This document shows, piece after piece, positions 34,363 to 43,017 of a DNA stretch of 64,000 nt. The stretch is taken from IMG/VR virus record IMGVR_UViG_3300025133_009393. One strand, written 5' to 3'. The notes beneath the pieces were generated by a model, which saw only the letters and a program-made list of their open reading frames with translations, searched no databases and was not told the origin of the DNA. The DNA is from a virus. Within the stretch, counting starts at the first letter, position 1, and each line of letters begins with the position of its first letter. The translations under genes were made by a program, and so were the position numbers.

Positions 34363-35317
34363 GCGCGATTCTTCTAAAGCTCGCCTGAAGTTCTGTCCAG
34401 TCAACATCGCCGAAGCCGTCGATTGTCATCATCTTTAAAACTTCTGTCTTGTTGAAAGAAATATCTGCTTCTTTCATTATCTCGCGAATCATTTTTTTGG
34501 CAGCAATGTTTAAGCTTGGCACATAAAGCTGCATCATTTGATAGTTACGTTCTAAAATGTCCTTCTTCTCTAGAACATTTTGATAAACTTTAAGACTATT
34601 TTCCCGCAATTGATCTTTAGAATAGTCTACTACTTGAGTGATTGTCTTGCTTTTCTCTTCTGAAAGAAAAGGAAACCTCTTGCTGACCGTCTTAAGGCCG
34701 GCGCCGCCAATACCCTCTAAATTATCTGATCGATCCCCAGCCATGGCTCGGGCCATGGCAAAATTGTTAGGATGAATTTTGAACTGCTCTAAGATATTAT
34801 TTTTATTTAATATTTGCTTTTGGATCGGCCTGTATAAGACAGTGTTCTCGCCCAAGAGCTGAAAGAAATCTTTATCGCTTGATACTATAACTTTTTGCCA
34901 GTCCTTATACTCCGGCATGTGTACTATCTGCGCAATGATATCATCAGCTTCTATTCCGTCAAAGATCAGCTGAACCAATGGCATACAATTAAAGTACTCC
35001 ACAATCCTTTGCATCTGCCAAATCTTATTTGTCCTCTCTTCTGACTCAGAGAGATTTCTTATATCTCTGTTGAGGCGAATCGGTTTTCTTCCAGCTTTGT
35101 AGTCTTTGTTCATCAGCTTTCGCTTTTTTGAGCCGCCTTCGCCATCCCAACAGATCACAATTTTATCTGGTCTAGTTTCCCTACAGATCTTCTGTAAAGA
35201 TTTAACGACTCCAACCAAGCCACCGATCGGCTGCCCGTTAGCAGACAGCGAAGGGTTGACTATATAAGAGCGAAAAAACAAGTTAAGCTGATCGATGATC
35301 AGTAAACGCTTCTGCAT
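34346..35317 (-). CDS. 5'-3' exonuclease/flap endonuclease (Pol I N-terminal or T4 RNase H-like)
   Basis: LIID, YKAGR, EADDII, SSDKDF and GDRSDN motifs. Confidence 0.93.
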   Translation of the reverse strand: MQKRLLIIDQLNLFFRSYIVNPSLSANGQPIGGLVGVVKSLQKICRETRPDKIVICWDGEGGSKKRKLMNKDYKAGRKPIRLNRDIRNLSESEERTNKIWQMQRIVEYFNCMPLVQLIFDGIEADDIIAQIVHMPEYKDWQKVIVSSDKDFFQLLGENTVLYRPIQKQILNKNNILEQFKIHPNNFAMARAMAGDRSDNLEGIGGAGLKTVSKRFPFLSEEKSKTITQVVDYSKDQLRENSLKVYQNVLEKKDILERNYQMMQLYVPSLNIAAKKMIREIMKEADISFNKTEVLKMMTIDGFGDVDWTELQASFRRIALDNQA

Positions 35318-35331
35318 ATAACACCTTTTTT

Positions 35332-35688
35332 TTATCCAGCATAAACTAGATTTTGATTAATATCATAAATCTGTTTAATTACAATTCTAAATGCACCTTC
35401 AATCATGGTGACTTTTCTTTGTAGCAGCTTTCGAAAACTATTGAAAGAGTGTCCTTTTCCAACTAGAAACTTAATCCTGAGAACGGTTCTTTCCTTGCTG
35501 GGTCCAGTTTTTATTGCCGGCTCAAGCACCGTGACGATTGTTATACCCTCGACAGATCTTAATTCTGTCAAGATATCAGTCAAGTTTTCTGCCGGATCTG
35601 AAACGAGATCACACCTAGCTTCAAAATAGTAAGGAGCTAGCTCGGTTTCGTTTAGTAAACGTTTAACCCTTTCTTCTATCAACTTCAT
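35332..35688 (-). CDS. late hypothetical protein
   Basis: KRLLNE N-terminus; CTAATTA upstream. Confidence 0.6.
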   Translation of the reverse strand: MKLIEERVKRLLNETELAPYYFEARCDLVSDPAENLTDILTELRSVEGITIVTVLEPAIKTGPSKERTVLRIKFLVGKGHSFNSFRKLLQRKVTMIEGAFRIVIKQIYDINQNLVYAG

Positions 35689-35717
35689 GAAATTCCCCGT
35701 GTAAACTAATTAGATCT

Positions 35718-36164
35718 TTAAAGTTTATAACACTCAATTTCATTTTCATTTTTAGTGTACACAACCTTCTTGATGCCACAAAACTTCAATATTTCATGAC
35801 ACATCAGACAAGGTTTCGAAAGACGATACTCTCCCTTTTTGTTAATTCGTACAACATAAACTGTAGAACCAACTGTTTTCGATCGATCTACTCCTAGGAC
35901 GCAACCCAACTCTGCATGGTGTGTTGCGGGGCCTAGGCCTTGTTTGCGAAAACGATTTCCAAAAGCACTAAACTTATCCTTGTTAAAGGAAGCGCTTATT
36001 ATCGAGCCACCTTTTACTAATACGGCGCCGTGTCTTATTTTGCCATAGCTACTTTGAACAGCCATGCTTTTAGCTGTCTTCAAGAAACTATTTGTCTTTA
36101 GACTTGGCTCAACCGTATAGCCGGGCAAGTGATTGCGTCGCTTAAATGGTTCTTCGCTTTCCAT
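35718..36164 (-). CDS. Zn-dependent cytidine/dCMP deaminase family protein
   Basis: HGAVL, HAE and PCLMC motifs. Confidence 0.88.
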   Translation of the reverse strand: MESEEPFKRRNHLPGYTVEPSLKTNSFLKTAKSMAVQSSYGKIRHGAVLVKGGSIISASFNKDKFSAFGNRFRKQGLGPATHHAELGCVLGVDRSKTVGSTVYVVRINKKGEYRLSKPCLMCHEILKFCGIKKVVYTKNENEIECYKL

Positions 36165-36170
36165 ACATTA

Positions 36171-36198
36171 AAGATAGTAACACAAAGCGTTGTGTAAA
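36171..36198 (-). promoter_or_regulatory. sigma70-like promoter, probably leaderless
   Basis: TTTACA-N16-TATCTT, 6 nt before the ATG. Confidence 0.5.
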
Positions 36199-37314
36199 CT
36201 ATTTTTCTTCTTTATCGATATCATAATAAGCTTTGGCATCTCCAGATCTATTCTCAAACTTTAAAATAATATCCTCGTCCATGATCTCCAATACCCTAGT
36301 CTTAAATTTCTCGTTCTTGAGCTTTTCTAACCATTTGCTGGCTTGGAATTTTTCTGTGCTTCCATCCTTATACACCAAATTATACCAAGCTCCTGATTGG
36401 TTCAATGATTCTGATCCTTTGATAGCTTCTAGCCAGCTTTCTTGATCTTGAATTCCAACGTCACCGCCCCACAAGATCTTAAAAGTACACTGACGGCCTT
36501 CGGTGCCGAAGCGACTCTTCTTCAACGTTGCTTTGACCTCGCAGCCAACTCGATATCCATTCTCGTCGGTAATGAAAGAGGCCTTTGCCTTGCGTTTCGT
36601 AAGCCATATACGCAGCGAGTAAGCATAATGCATTGCTTTTCCGCCAGGTGTAACATAGGGTGTGGTCATTGCTTCCGCAACGTTGCTAGTAATGTTTGTC
36701 TTTAGCTGATTCAATACCAAAAACGTTGATTTTGATGCAGCAATAGGCACTGTTAGCTTTGCCATACCCTTCGCCAGAATTCTAGGCTTAACTGCCATCG
36801 ATGATTGCGGGTTAAAGTCGCCTTCGACGTCGCTGACCGATGGTGTTAAAGCTAGAGAGTCCCATATAAAAAGCATACGATTGTCGTTTGAACCCAGTAG
36901 CTCTTCAATCGTCTCTAAAACATACTCCACACTAGGCGGCTGTAAATAAAGAATATTATTAACATCGCAGCCGGCGCTAGCTAGAAATTGAGGATCTATT
37001 GCTGATTCAGAATCAAAATATACAACATCAATTCCCATTTTTTGAGCATTCGCGGCGATTTGTGCAGCCATGTAAGACTTGCCTGAACCTTCCAAGCCAG
37101 CGATCTCTACTACCTTGCCCATGGGAATTCCCGCCAGCTGGCCCCTGCAAGTGATGCAGTCTAGCCAACGAGATCCGGTCGGGATCCAGTCTTTAACTTG
37201 TGTTGGATTATCCTTGGTCAAATCAAAGGCAACTTCCATTCCCGCCTTCTTGTTAATGAGATTTCTCATCTCTCCAATACTTAGCCTTCCCAGCTTCTTT
37301 GTCTTCTTAGCCAT
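36199..37314 (-). CDS. recA: RecA/UvsX-like recombinase
   Basis: GLEGSGKS, IWDSL, LNQL, TPGGKAM and GAWY motifs. Confidence 0.93.
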   Translation of the reverse strand: MAKKTKKLGRLSIGEMRNLINKKAGMEVAFDLTKDNPTQVKDWIPTGSRWLDCITCRGQLAGIPMGKVVEIAGLEGSGKSYMAAQIAANAQKMGIDVVYFDSESAIDPQFLASAGCDVNNILYLQPPSVEYVLETIEELLGSNDNRMLFIWDSLALTPSVSDVEGDFNPQSSMAVKPRILAKGMAKLTVPIAASKSTFLVLNQLKTNITSNVAEAMTTPYVTPGGKAMHYAYSLRIWLTKRKAKASFITDENGYRVGCEVKATLKKSRFGTEGRQCTFKILWGGDVGIQDQESWLEAIKGSESLNQSGAWYNLVYKDGSTEKFQASKWLEKLKNEKFKTRVLEIMDEDIILKFENRSGDAKAYYDIDKEEK

Positions 37315-37607
37315 TCTTCCTCTTTTAAATTTAACTCTTCCGTTAGTGATTCATACTCTGGTAATTCCATAGTACGATCCGGATCTTGTACACCATAGTC
37401 AATGTATGTTGGATTTCGAACAATACATTCGACTTTCTCAGCGAGAGAGATAGAAATTTCTTCTATTGCCTCTCTACTAAACTCTCCTGTCGTCTGTATG
37501 ATGTACTCTCTTTTACATGCTGTTAGTCTATTTTCTAAAATAGCTCCGGTGGCCACACCCAGTAAAAAAACAGAAATGGTTACGGCTGTGATTAATAAAG
37601 TCTCCAT
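37281..37607 (-). CDS. late membrane-anchored hypothetical protein
   Basis: N-terminal TM helix; CTAATTA upstream. Confidence 0.55.
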   Translation of the reverse strand: METLLITAVTISVFLLGVATGAILENRLTACKREYIIQTTGEFSREAIEEISISLAEKVECIVRNPTYIDYGVQDPDRTMELPEYESLTEELNLKEEEWLRRQRSWEG

Positions 37608-37665
37608 TGTACTAAAGTAATTAGCGCGCTTGAAGCATTTTTCAACTCGGAGTTAGTTTAGAGGC

Positions 37666-38106
37666 CTAGGCCACACCCAGTAGCTCGATTTCAAATGTAA
37701 GTGATTGGCCGGCGAGCACATGATTAAAGTCGACTGTAACATCCTTCTCGCCTACCTGCTCTACGCGTGCCTGCAGGGGGCGGCCGTCTTGATCTTGCGA
37801 AAAGACTACCGTGCCCTCTTCTATATTTTCATAGTCGGCAAACTGTTCGTTGGGAACTACATGAATCAAGTCTTCTCGTGGAAAACCATAAGCTTCTTCC
37901 GGATCCAACTTAAAACTCTTAGTTTCTCCTACCTTTAGCGAAGAGACTGCATTGTTAAATGCAGATAACATCCCTCCTTCGCCTATCGTAAAAACCAACG
38001 GCTCATTCCGCTTACGAGAGTTATCAAACTCTGTTCCATCGTCTAGTGTACCAACATAATGCACACTAACTTCTTGTCCATTTTCTAACTTCTGTTCTTC
38101 GCTCAT
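37666..38106 (-). CDS. FKBP-type peptidyl-prolyl isomerase (SlyD/FkpB-like)
   Basis: VHYVGTLDDGTEFD, PEEAYG and DFNHVLAGQSLTF motifs. Confidence 0.93.
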   Translation of the reverse strand: MSEEQKLENGQEVSVHYVGTLDDGTEFDNSRKRNEPLVFTIGEGGMLSAFNNAVSSLKVGETKSFKLDPEEAYGFPREDLIHVVPNEQFADYENIEEGTVVFSQDQDGRPLQARVEQVGEKDVTVDFNHVLAGQSLTFEIELLGVA

Positions 38107-38169
38107 TATATATTAATCCTTTTTAAATAATAAGGCACCTGTAATCCCGTGCCTTCCTGCGGCTTAACT

Positions 38170-38907
38170 TTATGACAAAAGTTCGTTGAACGCCTTGTCA
38201 ACTGCATTCTGAGAGCCACCAGAGGAGTACTTTGTAGTCTCCTCAGAGGAAGCTTCCTCTCCCAGCAAGAACTCATCCAGCATAGCCTGTACTTGTTCCG
38301 GAGTCTTACGCTCAAACAACGTATTAAAATCAGGAATCTGATCCAGAGCAGCTGCTGTTGCCTCCTCGGTAGGCATTAAGCCAGAAGATCGACGTCGGGG
38401 AGTGATACTAGTCTGCGGAAATTGTGCTCCCGGCGGCTTTCCGTAGTTAATCACCAAGTCTGTACCATTCTCGGAATCAGTGATATCACCATAATCAGGG
38501 TTTAAGACCAGATTAAGCAACTCAGCATATGCTGTTTTGCCAAAGCCCCACACACGTACACCCTTCTCTTCCTCGCCTCGTACAATGACGGGTGAAAAGA
38601 AGCGTTGGCGAGCCGAAAGAGACTTAGCCATCTTGATGCTCTCTTCTGTACCTTCGTTGTACAGATTACGCACGAATGAATCGAGCGGATCATCTTCTCC
38701 GAAGTTTCTCTTCGGGCTTAAGAAGCCCGGGTTCTTACCCACGTTGTAGTGGAACCAAAAATCCTTGAAAGGGTCGCCATCTGGAGTTGGGACAATACGA
38801 ATTGTCGTCTCTCCGTCCTGCGGACGCCAAAATAGTTCCTTGTTGCCGTTTCCTTTATTTTGGAGAGCTGCGGCCTTTGCTCTCATCTTTTCCATATCAA
38901 TACCCAT
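38170..38907 (-). CDS. gp32-like single-stranded DNA-binding protein
   Basis: IRIVP..DGDPF, GV.VWGFG, D...GTDL and an acidic tail; start moved to the ATG after AAGGAG. Confidence 0.8.
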   Translation of the reverse strand: MGIDMEKMRAKAAALQNKGNGNKELFWRPQDGETTIRIVPTPDGDPFKDFWFHYNVGKNPGFLSPKRNFGEDDPLDSFVRNLYNEGTEESIKMAKSLSARQRFFSPVIVRGEEEKGVRVWGFGKTAYAELLNLVLNPDYGDITDSENGTDLVINYGKPPGAQFPQTSITPRRRSSGLMPTEEATAAALDQIPDFNTLFERKTPEQVQAMLDEFLLGEEASSEETTKYSSGGSQNAVDKAFNELLS

Positions 38908-38966
38908 AATAATCTCCTTTTTAGGTAGAGTGTACTCGGTCAATCTCCCGAGCACCTGTTGAATTC

Positions 38967-38994
38967 AATATAATCACTCTTTAAAGATAGTAAA
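38967..38994 (-). promoter_or_regulatory. sigma70-like promoter of the SSB gene
   Basis: TTTACT-N16-TATATT. Confidence 0.55.
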
Positions 38995-39002
38995 ATGTTT
39001 TT

Positions 39003-39842
39003 TTATATTTCTATTTCTTGAATCATGCTGGCGTGTTGCACAATATACGCATAATTCTGAGAATAATTATTTGAGTATATGCCATACGAAACCTTCAAGT
39101 TTTCATCGTCGTTATCTTTTACTTGTTCTGTAATCTTTTTAAGAAGTGTGCCATCAGACTCTAATTGTTTTGAATCGACTGAATAATAGTATATCATTTC
39201 TCTTGGCATATTCAAAGGATAAAATAACTTTTTTTCACCTGTCTCAATGTCAAGTAATCCGATAGTTGATATCTTGGCTGGAGACACCGGATCAGAAGCT
39301 GTACTCATGACCGGATCTGTGTTGCTAAAGATGTTTATCATATGTACTGTGCTGGCAATAACCTCGTTGAGCGCATCGTAGTATTTTGTAATCGGCACAT
39401 CTCCTACGATATCTTCCAGAATCGAATTTGATATTATAAACAGCCTCTTCAGTGCTGCAGAGCGCGCGTACTCTTGCAAGACATTGAAAACAATACGTTC
39501 TTGCATTTTTTTTGTGTGAGACAATAGCGATGTATCTGGCTTTATATATAATACAAATATATCTTTGCTGCTCAGTTGTTCCATTATTCGCAAAGTCGCG
39601 CCACTGATTGCTCCGCTTCCACCAACAATAAAAAGATAGGGAGGCTTCGCATCTTTAAAAAATCTCTTGAAAGAAGGGCATGAAATTTCATAATCCTCGA
39701 AAGAGGTACTAGGTTTCAAGTACTTGAACTTTGCGCCCGGTCTCTTTTCAGAATCAATCCTATAGATATTATACTGTGGATACTGAGCGAACTTCTCAGA
39801 TATGTTACAGCCGGCCTGACCTAGACCGATAATAGTTTCCAT
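39003..39842 (-). CDS. tubulin/FtsZ-like protein (PhuZ/TubZ-like, divergent)
   Basis: IIGLGQAGCNI, GGSGAISG and IISN...N..IA motifs. Confidence 0.7.
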   Translation of the reverse strand: METIIGLGQAGCNISEKFAQYPQYNIYRIDSEKRPGAKFKYLKPSTSFEDYEISCPSFKRFFKDAKPPYLFIVGGSGAISGATLRIMEQLSSKDIFVLYIKPDTSLLSHTKKMQERIVFNVLQEYARSAALKRLFIISNSILEDIVGDVPITKYYDALNEVIASTVHMINIFSNTDPVMSTASDPVSPAKISTIGLLDIETGEKKLFYPLNMPREMIYYYSVDSKQLESDGTLLKKITEQVKDNDDENLKVSYGIYSNNYSQNYAYIVQHASMIQEIEI

Positions 39843-39862
39843 TTATGCCTCTAGGCTTAATG

Positions 39863-40216
39863 TTATTCTGGAGCTACGTGTCTTTCTTTTCTGTGGCTCT
39901 CGTCATCCTGCGCTTCAGGCTCGGGATTCTTAGCCATCTCGGCGAGGCCGGCCATTAAACGTTCCAGACCCATGCGAACTTTACTATTAGTATCCATCGC
40001 TCCTTCGCCGGCAGCTGCCGACAGCGCATCAAGAAGGGCCTTTACCATCTGATCTTCGGCCGGACTACCCGTTCTAATAAGTAATACGATTCTTTTACAT
40101 AGCTCTATCGGGCTAGTTGGATCTGGGGCAGCTTCCTCTAAAGAGCCTTCCATGGACACTTCTTGTGCCAACTCTTCTTTGATTAATTGAATTAGTTTTT
40201 TTCTGGTAATGCGCAT
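39863..40216 (-). CDS. MRITRKKLIQLIKEEL-type late protein (probable internal head protein)
   Basis: N-terminal motif; CTAATTA upstream. Confidence 0.6.
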   Translation of the reverse strand: MRITRKKLIQLIKEELAQEVSMEGSLEEAAPDPTSPIELCKRIVLLIRTGSPAEDQMVKALLDALSAAAGEGAMDTNSKVRMGLERLMAGLAEMAKNPEPEAQDDESHRKERHVAPE

Positions 40217-40242
40217 GATGCAAAAATCTCCTTTTCTACTTA

Positions 40243-41433
40243 TTAATTAGTACTAATTTGTCTCATATTTCCAAAATCTTTTCCGATACTTAAATTAACT
40301 TTAAAGCTTCCGAAATAAGTATCAGAAAAAATTCTTATTATCTCTTCCAAAATATCTCTATTATCTCTCTTCAAATCAACAACAAAGCTGTCGTGTATGC
40401 TGAAAGCAATATGCGAATCTGTATTCTTAATAATCCGATCAGCTTTGATCATCTGCCTCAAGAACATATCACTGGTTGTGCTTTGGATTATATAATTTAA
40501 AGCGTGATGTTGATCTGATTTGATTTTTCTTCCAAACGGCGTACTAATATATTCACCATCATAATATTTCTCTAATATTCTGCCCTTGTTGAATAGTTTT
40601 TCTAGTTTAACATTTTCTGCTTGAGGATTGTATAGCCAAGCAAAAACTTTCTTCTTGACCATATCTCTAGATAAACCACCCTTAAAGACACTTTGGCCTA
40701 TCCAAGCATGGATGTCCCCTTTTGGTTGCGGAATGCCTAAAAGGCCTAAAAACACCCGCAATTCAGCAGCGTTATAATCTAGCTCTACAAAAACATCATT
40801 GTTGGGTTTCAAGATGGAGCGATGATCCCTGTCTAATGTCATGATGGGGAAGCTATTTGGGAGCGTGGTTAGCCTTCCGGTTTTTGTACCAAATATATTG
40901 TAATCAATATACGGATTTAAGCTAGATATTTTTTTCACAAATTGACGCGTCTTGTATTTACCAAAGTTATTTTTTATTCTATCGACGTCGACATTTAGTT
41001 GGTGTTTTCTTATAGATTCAACAAGTCTGGTTATGTCCAAAAGAAAATCATAATTTTCAGGCTCGGGGAAATTATTGTATACATATTCAGTAATCTGGTT
41101 TTTAAGATCAAAGTACTGTAATAGGAATATTTCTGGTATACTATCGTAAAAACATATATCTTCTAAATTAATCTTGGCTAACTCGAAGGTGCGCATATAA
41201 GCTCGGAGCTTCTGTGTCACCCGCCCCCACTCTTCTTTTAGGTCGTCTGGACATACCTCTCCTAGAGTTTTTCCTGCGCAATATAAATTAACAAATTTTA
41301 AATCATCAACGCTACTCAAATATTGTACATACTTCCAAGTTGCGGTGGGCGAATTCGGCGGACGTTCATTGAGGGTGTCCTCATAATAAAACAATCTACA
41401 CTCTTGCTTTTTGTCCAGTGGTTGAAAAAACAT
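40243..41433 (-). CDS. minimal family A DNA polymerase domain
   Basis: TKTGRL, motif A LDYNAAELR, motif B R...K...F...Y, ALNY.IQ and motif C IHDS. Confidence 0.8.
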   Translation of the reverse strand: MFFQPLDKKQECRLFYYEDTLNERPPNSPTATWKYVQYLSSVDDLKFVNLYCAGKTLGEVCPDDLKEEWGRVTQKLRAYMRTFELAKINLEDICFYDSIPEIFLLQYFDLKNQITEYVYNNFPEPENYDFLLDITRLVESIRKHQLNVDVDRIKNNFGKYKTRQFVKKISSLNPYIDYNIFGTKTGRLTTLPNSFPIMTLDRDHRSILKPNNDVFVELDYNAAELRVFLGLLGIPQPKGDIHAWIGQSVFKGGLSRDMVKKKVFAWLYNPQAENVKLEKLFNKGRILEKYYDGEYISTPFGRKIKSDQHHALNYIIQSTTSDMFLRQMIKADRIIKNTDSHIAFSIHDSFVVDLKRDNRDILEEIIRIFSDTYFGSFKVNLSIGKDFGNMRQISTN

Positions 41434-41471
41434 CTTGCTCCAACATTAAACTAAGAACGAAAACAAAAAAG

Positions 41472-42971
41472 TTAATAGCTGCCGGCGCCAGAAGTAGATC
41501 CGATATCAGGCAAGGTACTTATTTCTACAGCCACAGTATCTTCAGAGGCAGAAGGAGCAATTGTTTCAACCGGAGTGCCGGTTTCTATAACTTTTCCAGT
41601 CGGCATTTGAATTCTAAATCTCTTGGCTGGATCTTCTCCTACTTCCATGCTTCTATCTAGCCACCGTTTACCACCCAAAACATTAAATTTTGTTTTCTCG
41701 TGGCCTGCAACCCTCTTGTTTATATGTTCGAGGGCATGAATAAAAGTTTTTTTGCGTATAATCTTTGCTATGTGAAAAAACTCTTTTTCTATATTTGGTT
41801 TAACGCCAATCTCAGCAAAGCGTGCTCTCATATATATTAGCAACCAAAAGTTAGGACCATACCTCTCTATGAAACTATCTGGCATTCCGCCGTTGATATC
41901 TATTTCTCCTATCTCTTCTCTAAAGAATTTAAGTGTAGGGTGATCTAGAGTTCTACTATAGATAGACATCGAAGGTCCGTGGCCTCTTATTTTTGCACAC
42001 TGATTTTGGCTAAAAAGAACATATGGCGAAGAAGCAATAAAAGAGTTATAAAATTGAAACATAAATCTTCTAAATAAAAAGATATCGCCGCCGCTCAAAT
42101 CGTTCCACTCATCCCCCAGGTGTGTCTTATAATATAATTGTTCATGGGCTGTCATTCCAGAATTAACATACTTATTTATGTATTGATATAAACCACTTTC
42201 CTCCTCCCTGTCTGGAAAATTAGCCTGCGAAGGAAAAGGCTTGACTTTGTATTTATGCCTTGAATTTAAATTAGCTACCAAAGTCCAAGGAGCATTTTTG
42301 TCGATGTAAAAGCCAAACTTTCTAGCAGCATTTCGAAAGAAAGCATAATTTGGATCATCATATATGGTGCTGCGATGTTTGGCATACTCATCATGATCGA
42401 ACCCGGCAATTTCAACGACCAAGCCGCTAACATGAGGGGGGCATCTGCTAGATTTGACAAATGCAGTTCTAGTAAATGGAATATCTGGCGCAAGCTGCTC
42501 GACATACTGCATGAATACTTCCATAAATTTCGTAAAATTAGTAATTCTTTTGCTTCTTCCTCTTTTCTTGAGATAGGAGCCAACAAAGTTTTGATAAATC
42601 TCTGCCATATGATCCAAATATAAATTTGGAAGACTTTGCCATCCTTTTTTCGGTCTCAGCGTTACAAAGTGAGTTGGCAAATTCGTAGGTATCTTGCCAT
42701 AATAAGCTGCTTTCGCAAAATGCTTGCGCAAGTCTTTAAAAGCATCGGCTACAAAGTTTACTGCGTATACATCTTTTAAGCCGCCTTGTAGTTGTCTAAT
42801 ATTGCTCTCCCTCAGACACAAAGAATCGCCATTTGAGTCGATCTTACCATAAAGAGATTGCTCGTAAAAGAAGTCAATATATTCATAATCGTTTGGATAT
42901 GTTGTAGAAAAATTATCAAAGCTAGCCTTGAAAGCTTTCTCATCTTCAAATTTATCCAAAGTAGTGGTCAT
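41472..42971 (-). CDS. late hypothetical protein next to the baseplate cluster
   Basis: 499-aa ORF; CTATTTA upstream. Confidence 0.6.
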   Translation of the reverse strand: MTTTLDKFEDEKAFKASFDNFSTTYPNDYEYIDFFYEQSLYGKIDSNGDSLCLRESNIRQLQGGLKDVYAVNFVADAFKDLRKHFAKAAYYGKIPTNLPTHFVTLRPKKGWQSLPNLYLDHMAEIYQNFVGSYLKKRGRSKRITNFTKFMEVFMQYVEQLAPDIPFTRTAFVKSSRCPPHVSGLVVEIAGFDHDEYAKHRSTIYDDPNYAFFRNAARKFGFYIDKNAPWTLVANLNSRHKYKVKPFPSQANFPDREEESGLYQYINKYVNSGMTAHEQLYYKTHLGDEWNDLSGGDIFLFRRFMFQFYNSFIASSPYVLFSQNQCAKIRGHGPSMSIYSRTLDHPTLKFFREEIGEIDINGGMPDSFIERYGPNFWLLIYMRARFAEIGVKPNIEKEFFHIAKIIRKKTFIHALEHINKRVAGHEKTKFNVLGGKRWLDRSMEVGEDPAKRFRIQMPTGKVIETGTPVETIAPSASEDTVAVEISTLPDIGSTSGAGSY

Positions 42972-43017
42972 TGCGCTTGCCCTCGTTATATTCTAAATAG
43001 CATGCCATGTGAATTAT

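Noticed and set aside
6705-38106. Bacterial chromosome or prophage origin because of groEL, purA, dnaE and recA
   Set aside because: These genes are interleaved with phage late-motif genes on one strand, lack their usual operon partners, and adjoin a T4-like structural module
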